A stretch of DNA of 64,000 nucleotides from an uncultured bacterium (lineage in GTDB: Bacteria > Desulfobacterota > BSN033 > UBA1163). The DNA is taken from assembly GCA_938002255.1 (NCBI GenBank), contig CALLAL010000010.1, positions 2,117 to 66,116 on the forward strand, read 5' to 3'. Made by a program: the position numbers and the translations under genes. Below are positions 38,103 through 47,323 of the stretch, piece after piece; within the stretch, counting starts at the first letter, position 1; the number at the start of each line of letters is the position of its first letter. The notes beneath the pieces are model-generated. The model was not told the origin of the DNA. It did no database searches and saw only the letters and a program-made list of their open reading frames with translations.

Positions 38103-40513
38103 GTTACCCCCTCTCGTGCCTTATAAACTTTTACTCTTGTGGAGAAGTATGAAAGAAATCCCCCCAGATAGTCATAGTCTCTGACCATAAGGTCGTTTGG
38201 ATTGATTCCCCTCCCTTCTGCCCAGCGACCATAAGCCCGATGGCCCTGTCCATAGGGAATTTGGATGCATCCGGGGTGAGTTCCAGCAAAAAGCCTGGCT
38301 TTTGCCTTTACCTTTCCAACCCTTGATTCAATCCAGATGAGATCACCGTCTTGGATTCCCATGGTTTGAGCAGTCTCCGGATTGATTTCCACCCATGAAT
38401 CCCAGTTCTCTTTTAGATGGGGGCCGAAGATTTCCTGAAGATAGGGTTGATTGGCTCCTCTCCCTTCTGCTGTGGTCATCAATTTGTAGTGAATGAGATG
38501 TAAGGGGTAATCTTTTTCATCTCCGATCAGACGCGGATTCTCATAATGGGGGAGAAATGCCTTATCTCCCTTAGCATCGATCTTCAATGCCTTCAGAATT
38601 GAGTTTATGTCCTTTGAATCTTTCTTAGACAGCTCGCTTAATCCTCGCTCCATCATTAAAGAGTAAAATTCAAACTTTCCCGAAGGGGTATTGAACTTCT
38701 TCCTCCACTCACCAAAAGGATAGGCCTTATCCCACCATCCCCCTGCTTCGACCAGGCCCTTCCAAAATTCTTCGAAATCCTCTGCATGGATTGAGCCTCG
38801 TTTAGACCGAAATACCCCTTTGATCACCTCTTTAAGGGCTTCTTCCATATCTTTCCAAGGAAAAGATTTCGCTATGCTTCCACCCAGACCCTTTGCGATC
38901 TGGATCAGGACATCCCCCGTGTTCCGGACGTCGTGAATAGGTCTGGGGAGAACAGGGGTTCTGAGGCCGAACACTGGAAATCCAGGCCCTGGCTCAGGAA
39001 GGTCGTCCTGCCATCGCTCGAAGTAGGTGCCATCAGGAAGGATGAGATCTGCAAACTTAGTCGTTTCGTCCATAAAAGGTGAAAAACTGACAATATAAGG
39101 TACCTGATTTAGGGCTTTACGGAATTTTTCTGATTCCGGGATGCTGAAAAGGGGATTGGTGTAATAGAGGAAAAGTGTATCAATAGGATAGGGCTCTCCT
39201 TTTTCAATCTTTTCCGGAAGGAGGAAAGGGATCTCTACGGCAAATGGGAAGGGGAGTCTGCCGGCTCCATCTATACGGGGTTGTGAGAGCCCTTTCTCTG
39301 CGATTGAATCCCTGAAAAGGGGAGGCCATTTTTGGAAAGAGGGCTTCCTCTGGCGCAGAAGTCCACCCCGGCGATCAATGGATCCCACTAAAGCATTGAG
39401 GCAGTCAATGGCCATCTGAGCGTAGGTCCCGTTGGTTTGCATTCCCACTCCCCGTCCTGAAATGGCAATGGAGGGTTGATGTGCAGAGAACTCTTGCGCA
39501 AGCTGGATGACTGTTTCTTCCGGAACACCGGTGATCTGGGCAACCTGTTTCGGAGCGTATTCTCTTAAGACAAGAGTTTTAAATCCCGTATGAGTCCTGC
39601 CCTTGGCATCCTTCCAGTCTTCAAAGCCGAAGGTATATTGTGAAACGAAATCCTGATCGTAAAGTTTTTCTTTAATCATCCAGTGAGCGATGCCGAGGGC
39701 AAGGGCTGCATCGGTTCCGGGTTGGATGGGAATCCATTGATCGGCTTTTGATGCGGTCACTGAGAATCGGGGTTCAATCTGGACCAGTTTTCCACGGAAT
39801 CCCGGCCTTCCTCTTCTCAAGGCACCATATCCCCGAAGGTTGAGCATGGCGGATCGTGAGGCTTCAAGAAGGCTTGCCCCGAAGGAGAGAACGTAGTTTG
39901 TCTCTTCCCAATGAATCGAAAGGAAATCCTTCTCACCCATCGTGAAGAAGTGTCCTTTTAGAATTCCTTCGGATCCTCGAAAGGGATTCCCAAAGTGATT
40001 CGGAGACCCATAGGTTTCCATAAACCTCTTCATCAGCTCAAGCATGTGTCCACGATATCTGCCACCCAGGACGAGAAGCTGATGAGGACGGCTTGCCACG
40101 CGAAGTCTTTTCAATCTCTCCGTAACAAGTGATATGGCTTCATCCCAGGAGATTTTATCCCAGTAGCCTTCTCCCCGGTTTCCTTTTCTCAGGAGGGGAT
40201 GTTGGATTCGGTCGGGGTCGTACAGGACCTGAAGCCCTGCCTGACCTTTTGGACAGAGCCTCCCTTGGTTGATTGGAAATGCTTTATTGCCTTCAAGTTT
40301 TACCGGCCAGCCATTGACCGAACGAATGTTCAAACCGCAGCCGCTCGGACATTGAAGGCAGATGCCCCTGGACCAGTATTCTTCATAGGGGATCCATTCC
40401 CCTTCTTTTGGAAGGGCATGGAGGAGTTTTTCAGGAAGGGCCATCCCAAACGTAGCGGCACCAAGCATTTTTAAAAGTTCTCTTCTGTTAATTTTCATTG
40501 CCCCTATGATCAT
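38099..40513 (-). CDS. Tat-exported molybdopterin-oxidoreductase-family subunit (ActB1-like / MopB)
   Basis: 804 aa. Twin-arginine signal NRRELLK and N-terminal Cx2Cx3C...C cluster motif (CLQCPSGC...C). Whether Mo-bisPGD is bound cannot be told from the sequence. Confidence 0.75.
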   Translation of the reverse strand: MIIGAMKINRRELLKMLGAATFGMALPEKLLHALPKEGEWIPYEEYWSRGICLQCPSGCGLNIRSVNGWPVKLEGNKAFPINQGRLCPKGQAGLQVLYDPDRIQHPLLRKGNRGEGYWDKISWDEAISLVTERLKRLRVASRPHQLLVLGGRYRGHMLELMKRFMETYGSPNHFGNPFRGSEGILKGHFFTMGEKDFLSIHWEETNYVLSFGASLLEASRSAMLNLRGYGALRRGRPGFRGKLVQIEPRFSVTASKADQWIPIQPGTDAALALGIAHWMIKEKLYDQDFVSQYTFGFEDWKDAKGRTHTGFKTLVLREYAPKQVAQITGVPEETVIQLAQEFSAHQPSIAISGRGVGMQTNGTYAQMAIDCLNALVGSIDRRGGLLRQRKPSFQKWPPLFRDSIAEKGLSQPRIDGAGRLPFPFAVEIPFLLPEKIEKGEPYPIDTLFLYYTNPLFSIPESEKFRKALNQVPYIVSFSPFMDETTKFADLILPDGTYFERWQDDLPEPGPGFPVFGLRTPVLPRPIHDVRNTGDVLIQIAKGLGGSIAKSFPWKDMEEALKEVIKGVFRSKRGSIHAEDFEEFWKGLVEAGGWWDKAYPFGEWRKKFNTPSGKFEFYSLMMERGLSELSKKDSKDINSILKALKIDAKGDKAFLPHYENPRLIGDEKDYPLHLIHYKLMTTAEGRGANQPYLQEIFGPHLKENWDSWVEINPETAQTMGIQDGDLIWIESRVGKVKAKARLFAGTHPGCIQIPYGQGHRAYGRWAEGRGINPNDLMVRDYDYLGGFLSYFSTRVKVYKAREGVT

Positions 40514-40597
40514 ACTGAGGAGATAGAGAGATTGGGAGGTCGGGAGAATTTTTCATCCCCTATTCCTACCCCTTCATCTCCTGATCCAATATTTGAA

Positions 40598-41149
40598 TTA
40601 ACTGGAGTGGCACGCATAACAATCAATACTTGCCCTTCTTTTTTGATGACAGTCCATACACCATGCCATATAATTTCTATCTACCATCTTGACCGGTCGC
40701 TCTTTGCTCCCGGTGAGGCCATGGCACACGGAACAGTCCACCCTACTTTGAATATGAACCCAATGAGGAAAAACCACAAATTTCGGAAGTTCGTACATCC
40801 GTTTCCAGGGGATTTCTTTTCCCTCTTGAACATATTTTACGACCTTGAGAGCTTCGGGTTTTTTGCTGAGAGCGTCAGTAGAATGGCAGGCACGACAGAG
40901 ATCGATGTTGGGAATTCCCGCGGACCGATGCCTTTCGACATAACGATGGCAGAAGGAACACGTCAGATTGGCGGTCTCTTTATGACGGATGTGATTAAAA
41001 AGGACGGGTTGGTCCACTGAAACCCAGGCCAGTAAAGGAAAGACAGAAAAGAAGGTTCCTTTGGTCTGAACAGGGAATCGATGGTATGCGACAAGGGCAC
41101 ATAAGAGGAGAATTATAACTGCTGCCAAGGCTCCAACCCTTTTTTTCAT
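40598..41149 (-). CDS. Membrane-anchored pentahaem c-type cytochrome (ActA-like)
   Basis: 183 aa. N-terminal TM and five CxxCH motifs (CSFCH, CRACH, CSVCH, CMDCH, CYACH). Confidence 0.8.
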   Translation of the reverse strand: MKKRVGALAAVIILLLCALVAYHRFPVQTKGTFFSVFPLLAWVSVDQPVLFNHIRHKETANLTCSFCHRYVERHRSAGIPNIDLCRACHSTDALSKKPEALKVVKYVQEGKEIPWKRMYELPKFVVFPHWVHIQSRVDCSVCHGLTGSKERPVKMVDRNYMAWCMDCHQKRRASIDCYACHSS

Positions 41150-41216
41150 GAAACAACCGATTCAACCCATCCCAACGATCCGATTTCGTTCCAAGGCATC
41201 TATATTCGATGAACCC

Positions 41217-42113
41217 TTACCCTGTCAAGAAAGACAGAGAGAAATGTTGAAAGAGCAAATCCAGATTCAAGATGATCATCACGGACAACCCATAAAGATT
41301 AACCGCTCGATAAGCGAAATGCAAAGAACGGGTGTGAGACTGGAAAAGTAAAAGATTTGAGGTTTTCAGGGTTAACAAAGAACTCAACAACAAGAGACCT
41401 CCCAAATTAAACCAGGAGCCCCTGGCTCCGAACAGAGGAATGAATAGACTGCACACGGTAGTCGCAATCATCCAAACCCATGAAATCTTTTTGACCTGGT
41501 TTCTTCCTCCGGAAGAAACCAGAGAAGGAAACCCCGCCTTCTGGTAATCCTTTTGGTATTCGATAAGTAACACCCATGAATGGGGGATCTGCCAGAGGAA
41601 AAAGAAAGAACAGAGGGCAACTATTTGAGGATCCATGCTGCCTCCTGCTCCGAACCAGCCAATGGCAGGGGGAAGGGCACCCACCAAAGCTCCTGGAAGG
41701 ATGGCAAAGAGTGTCTTTTTTTTAAGGGGCGTGTAGATCCCATTATAGATGAGAACAGCTAAAAGCCCTAATCCAAAGGCTTCTTGTGAGGCGAAGCCAT
41801 ACAGAACGCTAAATCCAGAAATGAGAAAAAACGAAGAAACGTGAAAAGCCACTTTTGGAGAAAGTCTTCCCGAGGGGACAGGGCGATTCTTTGTTCTTTC
41901 CATCAGCAAATCTTCTTTTCGTTCCTGGACCTGATTCAATGCAGACGCGCCCGAGGCAAGAAGGAAAATCCCTAAAAGTGTTGGACCTATGGGGTAAAAG
42001 ATTCCTTGATAAGCCAGCAGAAAACCGGTTCCTCCGGAGAAGGTGATCATGAGCGAAAGCTTCATCTTCGTCAATTCGAAGAGGAGTTGGAGGGAGTGTT
42101 TCAACCCTTTCAT
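41217..42113 (-). CDS. ctaB: Protohaem IX farnesyltransferase (haem O synthase)
   Basis: UbiA-family motif ASALNQVQERKEDLLMERTKNRPVPSG. 4-nt overlap with the coxB stop. Confidence 0.85.
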   Translation of the reverse strand: MKGLKHSLQLLFELTKMKLSLMITFSGGTGFLLAYQGIFYPIGPTLLGIFLLASGASALNQVQERKEDLLMERTKNRPVPSGRLSPKVAFHVSSFFLISGFSVLYGFASQEAFGLGLLAVLIYNGIYTPLKKKTLFAILPGALVGALPPAIGWFGAGGSMDPQIVALCSFFFLWQIPHSWVLLIEYQKDYQKAGFPSLVSSGGRNQVKKISWVWMIATTVCSLFIPLFGARGSWFNLGGLLLLSSLLTLKTSNLLLFQSHTRSLHFAYRAVNLYGLSVMIILNLDLLFQHFSLSFLTG

Positions 42114-43039
42114 TTCAATTCCTTCATGTATCGAACCAGTTCAGTAATGTCTTCTTCAGTGGAAACCCCTTTTTGGGAAGGCATGATCGGCGGAAATCCT
42201 TTTACCACGTCGGCATTTGGCTCCAGAAGAGATTTTCTGAGATAATCTTCATCGACCTTAAGTTGCCTTTCTTTCCCTTCGGTCATGACGACAATCGTCT
42301 TTCCAAAAAGCCCCTTTAAGGTGGGCCCGACCCTTGGGGTTCCATCAACACTGTGGCATGCCATACAGCCTTTTTCCTGAAATAACCGTTCCCCAAGTGG
42401 AACCCCTACAGGTTTCTTCATTTGCAGTTCTTTCCCTTTTTCCTCATACCACCGGTAAAACTCTTCTTCCGAAAGTACCCTGACTTTGGTCAGCATATAG
42501 GCATGTTGTTGACCGCAATATTCGGCACAAAGAACATCGTAGGTTCCTAAATCTCTTGCCCTGAACCACAAGGAGGTCGTCATGCCCGGGACAGCATCCT
42601 GTTTAACCCGAAACGCGGGGACATAAAAACTATGGATCACATCCTGTGAGGTGAGCTGAAGATGAATGGGTTTTTCTATAGGGATAGTCAGTTCCGTTTC
42701 TTTTAATCCATTTTCATATTCAAAGAGCCAGGACCATGTCCGGGCAGTGATCTTCACCTTCAGAGCTCCCTCAGGCACTTTTTTTAAAGCATGGAAACCT
42801 GTCCATCCGTAATAAAACATGGAGAGAACCAGGAGGGTTGGGATCACTGTCCAGAGGATTTCGAGCCAGAGGTTTCCATGAATATCTTCAGGATGGGGGT
42901 TTCTTCTCCGGTGGTAACGAAAGGTGAAATAGATCATGAGAAAGGTGATGAGCACCAGAATCGAGACAGAGATTACCGCAATATAGAGGAAAATATTCTG
43001 AACGATTTCGTCTGACAGTCCGGTCAACCCGCGAATCAT
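42110..43039 (-). CDS. coxB: Cytochrome c oxidase subunit II with fused C-terminal cytochrome c (caa3 type)
   Basis: CuA site CAEYCGQQHAYM and C-terminal CMACH. Confidence 0.9.
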   Translation of the reverse strand: MIRGLTGLSDEIVQNIFLYIAVISVSILVLITFLMIYFTFRYHRRRNPHPEDIHGNLWLEILWTVIPTLLVLSMFYYGWTGFHALKKVPEGALKVKITARTWSWLFEYENGLKETELTIPIEKPIHLQLTSQDVIHSFYVPAFRVKQDAVPGMTTSLWFRARDLGTYDVLCAEYCGQQHAYMLTKVRVLSEEEFYRWYEEKGKELQMKKPVGVPLGERLFQEKGCMACHSVDGTPRVGPTLKGLFGKTIVVMTEGKERQLKVDEDYLRKSLLEPNADVVKGFPPIMPSQKGVSTEEDITELVRYMKELK

Positions 43040-43051
43040 GCTTCACCCGAT

Positions 43052-43312
43052 CTATCGTAAGGCAATATCGAGAAAGGTTAATCCGATGAAGAAAACCAGG
43101 ATAGCGAAGATCCCCGGGATCATCCATCGAATCCATTTCATTTTCTTCTGATCTTTAAGATGCATGAAATAGTTGAGAATCAAGCCCGATTTGATAAAGG
43201 CGATGAGCAGGGCAAGGGTTAATCCCCATCTTCCCCAGTTCCTCCCGGCTGTGGAGACAGAAAGGCCTGTCAACATCACCAGGCTTACCCATATATAAAT
43301 ATAAGTATTCAC
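43052..43312 (-). CDS. Cytochrome c oxidase subunit IV (small bacterial type)
   Basis: 86 aa, 3 TM, located between the subunit III and subunit II genes. Confidence 0.6.
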   Translation of the reverse strand: MNTYIYIWVSLVMLTGLSVSTAGRNWGRWGLTLALLIAFIKSGLILNYFMHLKDQKKMKWIRWMIPGIFAILVFFIGLTFLDIALR

Positions 43313-43328
43313 ACGATCCCTCCCAATC

Positions 43329-43943
43329 TCAGGTGATTAAATAGAAGAGAGGAAAGAGAAAGACCCAGATGATGTCCACCAAGTGCCAATAAAGGCCACT
43401 ATTTTCTAATGGGAGATAACGTTCGTGATGAACCTTTCCTTTTCGAATGAAATAAACCATTGCGGTAAGAAGACCGATCCCCACAAGCACATGAAGGGCA
43501 TGGAGACCGGTCATCGAATAATAGAGGCCATAAAATAGAACCTCTCCCCGTTCCCTTTCAAGAAGGCGGGTTGCGTTCGGGTAAACCCCATGCTCGAATT
43601 TTGAAGCCCATTCCCAATATTTGTTAAAAAGGAAAAGGAGACCCAACAAGATCGTGGAGAGGAGAAAGCATAGGGACCGAAGAGATTGTTTCTGTTTGAG
43701 GGCGTAGAGTGACAGAGCCATGGTGAGACTGCTGGTCAACAGGATCACGGTGTTTAACGCACCAATAGGTCGGTTCAGGGATTCTGCGGCCAGATGAAAG
43801 CTTTGAGAGTAGTTGAACCGGTAGATGGCATAGAGGAGGAATAGACCTCCGAAGAGAAGAATCTCCGAGAGGAGGAAGAGCCACATGCCCAGGGTGGAAC
43901 CAAGGTCGTCTCTATGAGTCTCCATCGATCGATCGTTTATCAT
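43329..43943 (-). CDS. coxC: Cytochrome c oxidase subunit III
   Basis: 204 aa with family pattern ...TGLHALHVLVG...WHLVD. Confidence 0.85.
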   Translation of the reverse strand: MINDRSMETHRDDLGSTLGMWLFLLSEILLFGGLFLLYAIYRFNYSQSFHLAAESLNRPIGALNTVILLTSSLTMALSLYALKQKQSLRSLCFLLSTILLGLLFLFNKYWEWASKFEHGVYPNATRLLERERGEVLFYGLYYSMTGLHALHVLVGIGLLTAMVYFIRKGKVHHERYLPLENSGLYWHLVDIIWVFLFPLFYLIT

Positions 43944-45523
43944 CGATATTCATAAGGTCCCTTACTCACCAAGGGGATTTCATCAAAGTTCTCTCTTGGC
44001 GGAGGCGAAGGGATTTGCCATTCGAGTGTAGCTCCACCCCAAGGGTTTGACTCTGCTTTCTCTCCTTTGAAGAGACAATGAACGAGGTTCCCAAACATCA
44101 GGATTAAGCCTCCGATCAAAATCCAAGATCCGATGGTGGAAAGGAACTGAAGCGAGTGGAATTGGGGGAGGTAATCGAAATACCTTCTCGGCATACCCTG
44201 CCAGCCCAGAAGGAGCATGGGAAAGTAGAGCGTATTAAACCCGACAAAAAGCAGCCCCCAGGCGATATATGGTATTTTTCGATGATACATCCTGCCAAAC
44301 ATCTTCGGAAACCAGTAGTGAAGGGCGCCGAAGATGGCGAATCCGGTTCCACCGAAAATGACATAGTGAAAGTGTCCCACTACCCAGTAGGTATCATGGA
44401 GGTGGACATCTGTTGCCAGAGCTCCCTGAAAGAGTCCGGTGAGCCCTCCGATGGCGAAGAGAAAGATGAATGTCAAGGCAAAGAGAAGGGGAGGGGCAAC
44501 TTCAATGGATCCTTTGTAAAGGGTTGAAACCCAATTAAAGACTTTGACTCCACTTGGAACAGCCACTAAAAAGGTTAGAAGCGAAAAGACCACAGAGGCA
44601 ACATCGCTCTGTCCGCTGACGAACATATGGTGCCCCCAGACAAAGGAGCCCACTATAGCAATGGCGAGACTTGAAAAGGCGATCGCTTTGTATCCGAATA
44701 TCGTTCGTCGGGCAAAGACAGGGAGAATCTCAGAAATGATTCCCATAGCGGGTAGGATCATAATATAGACAGCCGGGTGGGAATAGATCCAGAAGAGATG
44801 TTGGTAAAGGAGCGGATCACCTCCTTTGGCAGGGTCAAAGATCCCGACTCCTACTAATCGTTCCATGAGGGTTAAGAGAAGGGTAATCCCAACCACAGGG
44901 GTTACTAAGATCTGGATCCACGCTGTGGCATAAATCCCCCAGACGAAGAGAGGGAGACGAAACCAGGTCATTCCAGGGGCGCGAAGTTGGTGAGTCGTTG
45001 TCACCATGTTGATTCCGGTGAGAATGGATGAAAACCCGAGGACGAAAACGCCCAGGACTGCGAGAGGAACATTCACGGGGGTTCTAAGGCTATAGGGCAC
45101 ATAAAAGGTCCAGCCCGTATCGATGGGGCCACCTCCGGTGAATAGAGAAAGGATGGCTAATGCTGCTCCTCCCATGTAAATCCACCAGGAAAGGAGATTG
45201 AGTTTCGGAAACGCGACATCTCGGGCGCCGATCTGAATCGGGAGGAAAAAGTTACCAAAAATGGCTGGTATGCCGGGAATAACGAAGAGAAAGATCATGA
45301 TGACCCCATGGAGGGTAAAGAGGGCGTTGTAGGTCTGGGGTCGCATGATTGTAGGGCCTGGAGCGATCAATTCAAGGCGTATCAGAAATCCGAGGAGGAC
45401 ACCGATGGCATAGAAGGAGAGAATCGACAGGAGATAGAGGAGACCGATTCGTTTATGGTCCGTGGAAAAGATCCAGGCCCAAAATCCTCTAAATCTCCCA
45501 TTCTCTTCATAAAAACTGGGCAT
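43940..45523 (-). CDS. coxA: Cytochrome c oxidase subunit I, A2-type
   Basis: 527 aa. The helix VI sequence FWIYSHPAVYIMILP carries the Tyr-Ser motif in place of the A1-type GHPEVY glutamate. Confidence 0.9.
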   Translation of the reverse strand: MPSFYEENGRFRGFWAWIFSTDHKRIGLLYLLSILSFYAIGVLLGFLIRLELIAPGPTIMRPQTYNALFTLHGVIMIFLFVIPGIPAIFGNFFLPIQIGARDVAFPKLNLLSWWIYMGGAALAILSLFTGGGPIDTGWTFYVPYSLRTPVNVPLAVLGVFVLGFSSILTGINMVTTTHQLRAPGMTWFRLPLFVWGIYATAWIQILVTPVVGITLLLTLMERLVGVGIFDPAKGGDPLLYQHLFWIYSHPAVYIMILPAMGIISEILPVFARRTIFGYKAIAFSSLAIAIVGSFVWGHHMFVSGQSDVASVVFSLLTFLVAVPSGVKVFNWVSTLYKGSIEVAPPLLFALTFIFLFAIGGLTGLFQGALATDVHLHDTYWVVGHFHYVIFGGTGFAIFGALHYWFPKMFGRMYHRKIPYIAWGLLFVGFNTLYFPMLLLGWQGMPRRYFDYLPQFHSLQFLSTIGSWILIGGLILMFGNLVHCLFKGEKAESNPWGGATLEWQIPSPPPRENFDEIPLVSKGPYEYR

Positions 45524-46350
45524 CAGGGACCATCCTTTTTCAAGGTTCTCTTCTTCCCTCTCCAGACTAAAAAGAGAGCAAAAGAGAGAGCGAATGTCAA
45601 TGTGACAATTCCGGTTATCTTCAAGGTGTTGAAAACATATTTCCGACCTTTGGGATCGTAACTAAAACAGAATCTTAGAACCTTACTGATCGTCGGACCT
45701 GTTCTTCCTTCAGAAGCTTCCAGAAGAGCCATCTTCAAATCAAATGGAAGAATTTCGGTGCCATAGAGATAACGTGTAATCTTCCCATCGGAGGAAAGAA
45801 CGATGAGAGCCACAGGGTGAAGAAAATTTTTTCCCTTTCTTTTGAAAAAGAAACCCACGGAATCGGTCAAACGAAGAATGGACTCCTTATCTCCAGTCAA
45901 AAACCTCCAGGCTTTTTCTGGAAAAGGTTTTTCAATCATCTTGAGGTAAAACCTTTTTCTCTCCAGAGCGAGGGCTGGAGACTCTGTTTCGTCAAAACTG
46001 ACGGAAAGGATGATGTAATCTTCCCCTGGCTTCGCAGGCAGACGATTTAGTGTGTTTGCGAGATTGGATAATAAAAAGCCACAAACGTCTGGGCAGGAAT
46101 AAAATACAGGGGTGAGGATGGTTGGTTTATCGATAATGTCCCTGAGAGAGATAGACCTTCCTTGTTCATTAAAAAAAGGGATATCAAGGGGAACCTTCTG
46201 GCCCAGCTTTTCATCAATCCCTATGCCGGATTCCGTCCCTGGCTTTTCGTGATGGCCTTCCGTATGGGAAAAAAGATAGCCCTGATCAAAAATAATCAGG
46301 ACACCCAAGAGAATTCTGATAAAAAGAAACCACCGACCATGGCCAGGCAT
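45523..46350 (-). CDS. SCO1/SenC copper chaperone
   Basis: CPDVC motif in a thioredoxin fold. Start at ATG 46350 (GAGGTGGA SD). Its stop overlaps the coxA ATG (TGATG). Confidence 0.8.
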   Translation of the reverse strand: MPGHGRWFLFIRILLGVLIIFDQGYLFSHTEGHHEKPGTESGIGIDEKLGQKVPLDIPFFNEQGRSISLRDIIDKPTILTPVFYSCPDVCGFLLSNLANTLNRLPAKPGEDYIILSVSFDETESPALALERKRFYLKMIEKPFPEKAWRFLTGDKESILRLTDSVGFFFKRKGKNFLHPVALIVLSSDGKITRYLYGTEILPFDLKMALLEASEGRTGPTISKVLRFCFSYDPKGRKYVFNTLKITGIVTLTFALSFALFLVWRGKKRTLKKDGP

Positions 46351-46436
46351 ATGAGACAATCCACCTCAGCTTTTTCGTAAAATTAACCTGAACGATTCTG
46401 GTAATTGATGTAAGCAGAGGAGAAGGAATCCCTCTT

Positions 46437-46925
46437 TCAGGGACGGAATTTCGAGAAGACGTAATCCTTATCTTTCTGCCCTAGGTGACAATCGTAGCAG
46501 CTTTTTCCACCATCTTTCACAAAGGAATTTTTTGTGTCCTTCTCAAAGGCATCAAATCCCCAGCCCCCGGTCTCTTTAAACTTTTTTGAATCTTTCTGCA
46601 TTACTCCAATAAATTTTCTTGTCCCCTCTATATAGGCGCCCTGATCCATCGTTGCTTCTAAGAGATCGAAGACAATGACTGTTCCGTCCGGGAAAGGTCC
46701 GCCTTTTTTGTAGGTCTCCAGGCCTTTCTTGTTGACATAAATATGATGCAGACCACCAAAAGGATTATAAAGAGGGTGTTTCTGATCGAAGATCAGCATG
46801 GATTTGACATGAGGCCAATCCCTGTATCCGGTTGGGTAAGCCACTTTGGGTTTCTCTTGCGATGCCGCTATATTTCCAATCAACAACAAACAAACGATCC
46901 ATAAAAAAGCATGACCTTTTTTCAT
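46437..46925 (-). CDS. Cytochrome P460-family haem protein (secreted)
   Basis: Start at ATG 46925 (GGAGGTG SD). Signal peptide, GYRDWPHVKS and a single C-terminal CYDCH followed by DYVFS. Confidence 0.6.
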   Translation of the reverse strand: MKKGHAFLWIVCLLLIGNIAASQEKPKVAYPTGYRDWPHVKSMLIFDQKHPLYNPFGGLHHIYVNKKGLETYKKGGPFPDGTVIVFDLLEATMDQGAYIEGTRKFIGVMQKDSKKFKETGGWGFDAFEKDTKNSFVKDGGKSCYDCHLGQKDKDYVFSKFRP

Positions 46926-47025
46926 ACGCACCTCCGCATGTTTTGGGATGAATTTTTTGAGGAATGGATATAACTTAATGCTAACATAGACTTTCCTCTC
47001 CTGCAATGGTGATTGATCCTGCGAA

Positions 47026-47249
47026 GTAACCCGTCAGTGATGGGGTGTGTTCGGTTTAAAAGGGTTGGAACGTTCCCCCTCCAAAACCTTGAATAGCGGT
47101 TATAAAAGGTTACCCTCATCGGGGCCCTCAGGCCCTTTGCATCGGATTTTTTTAAATCAGATTGGGTCGTTTTAACGAACAGAGGTTTCGCTTCAAGGTT
47201 TTTCCGAAGCAACCTCCCAACCTTTTTTTTTCTTTAACTGATGGGTTAC
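47026..47249 (+). mobile_element. MITE-like non-autonomous element, copy 1 (224 bp)
   Basis: Alignable with 63033-63247 along its whole length apart from scattered substitutions and one 12-13 nt indel. TIRs are GTAACCCGTCAGTGA and TAACTGATGGGTTAC. Flanking repeats are CTGCGAA and CTACGAA. Confidence 0.75.
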
Positions 47250-47323
47250 CTACGAATCGGTGTGTTTCCAAAATTATAATTAAGTTATAATTATTAAAAT
47301 GTATCGAGGAGGTCAGGAGAAGA

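Noticed and set aside
37518-38126. 202-aa plus-strand ORF; also 40532-41020 (162 aa) and 56839-57405 (188 aa, minus strand).
   Set aside because: Each lies antisense to a motif-rich gene: the Fe-S subunit, the pentahaem cytochrome and E1 alpha respectively.
38099-40513. Possibility that the MopB-family protein is a Sec-containing formate dehydrogenase.
   Set aside because: The frame is uninterrupted with no in-frame TGA. The context (pentahaem cytochrome, Fe-S, NrfD, oxidase genes) fits an ACIII/Psr-like complex instead.
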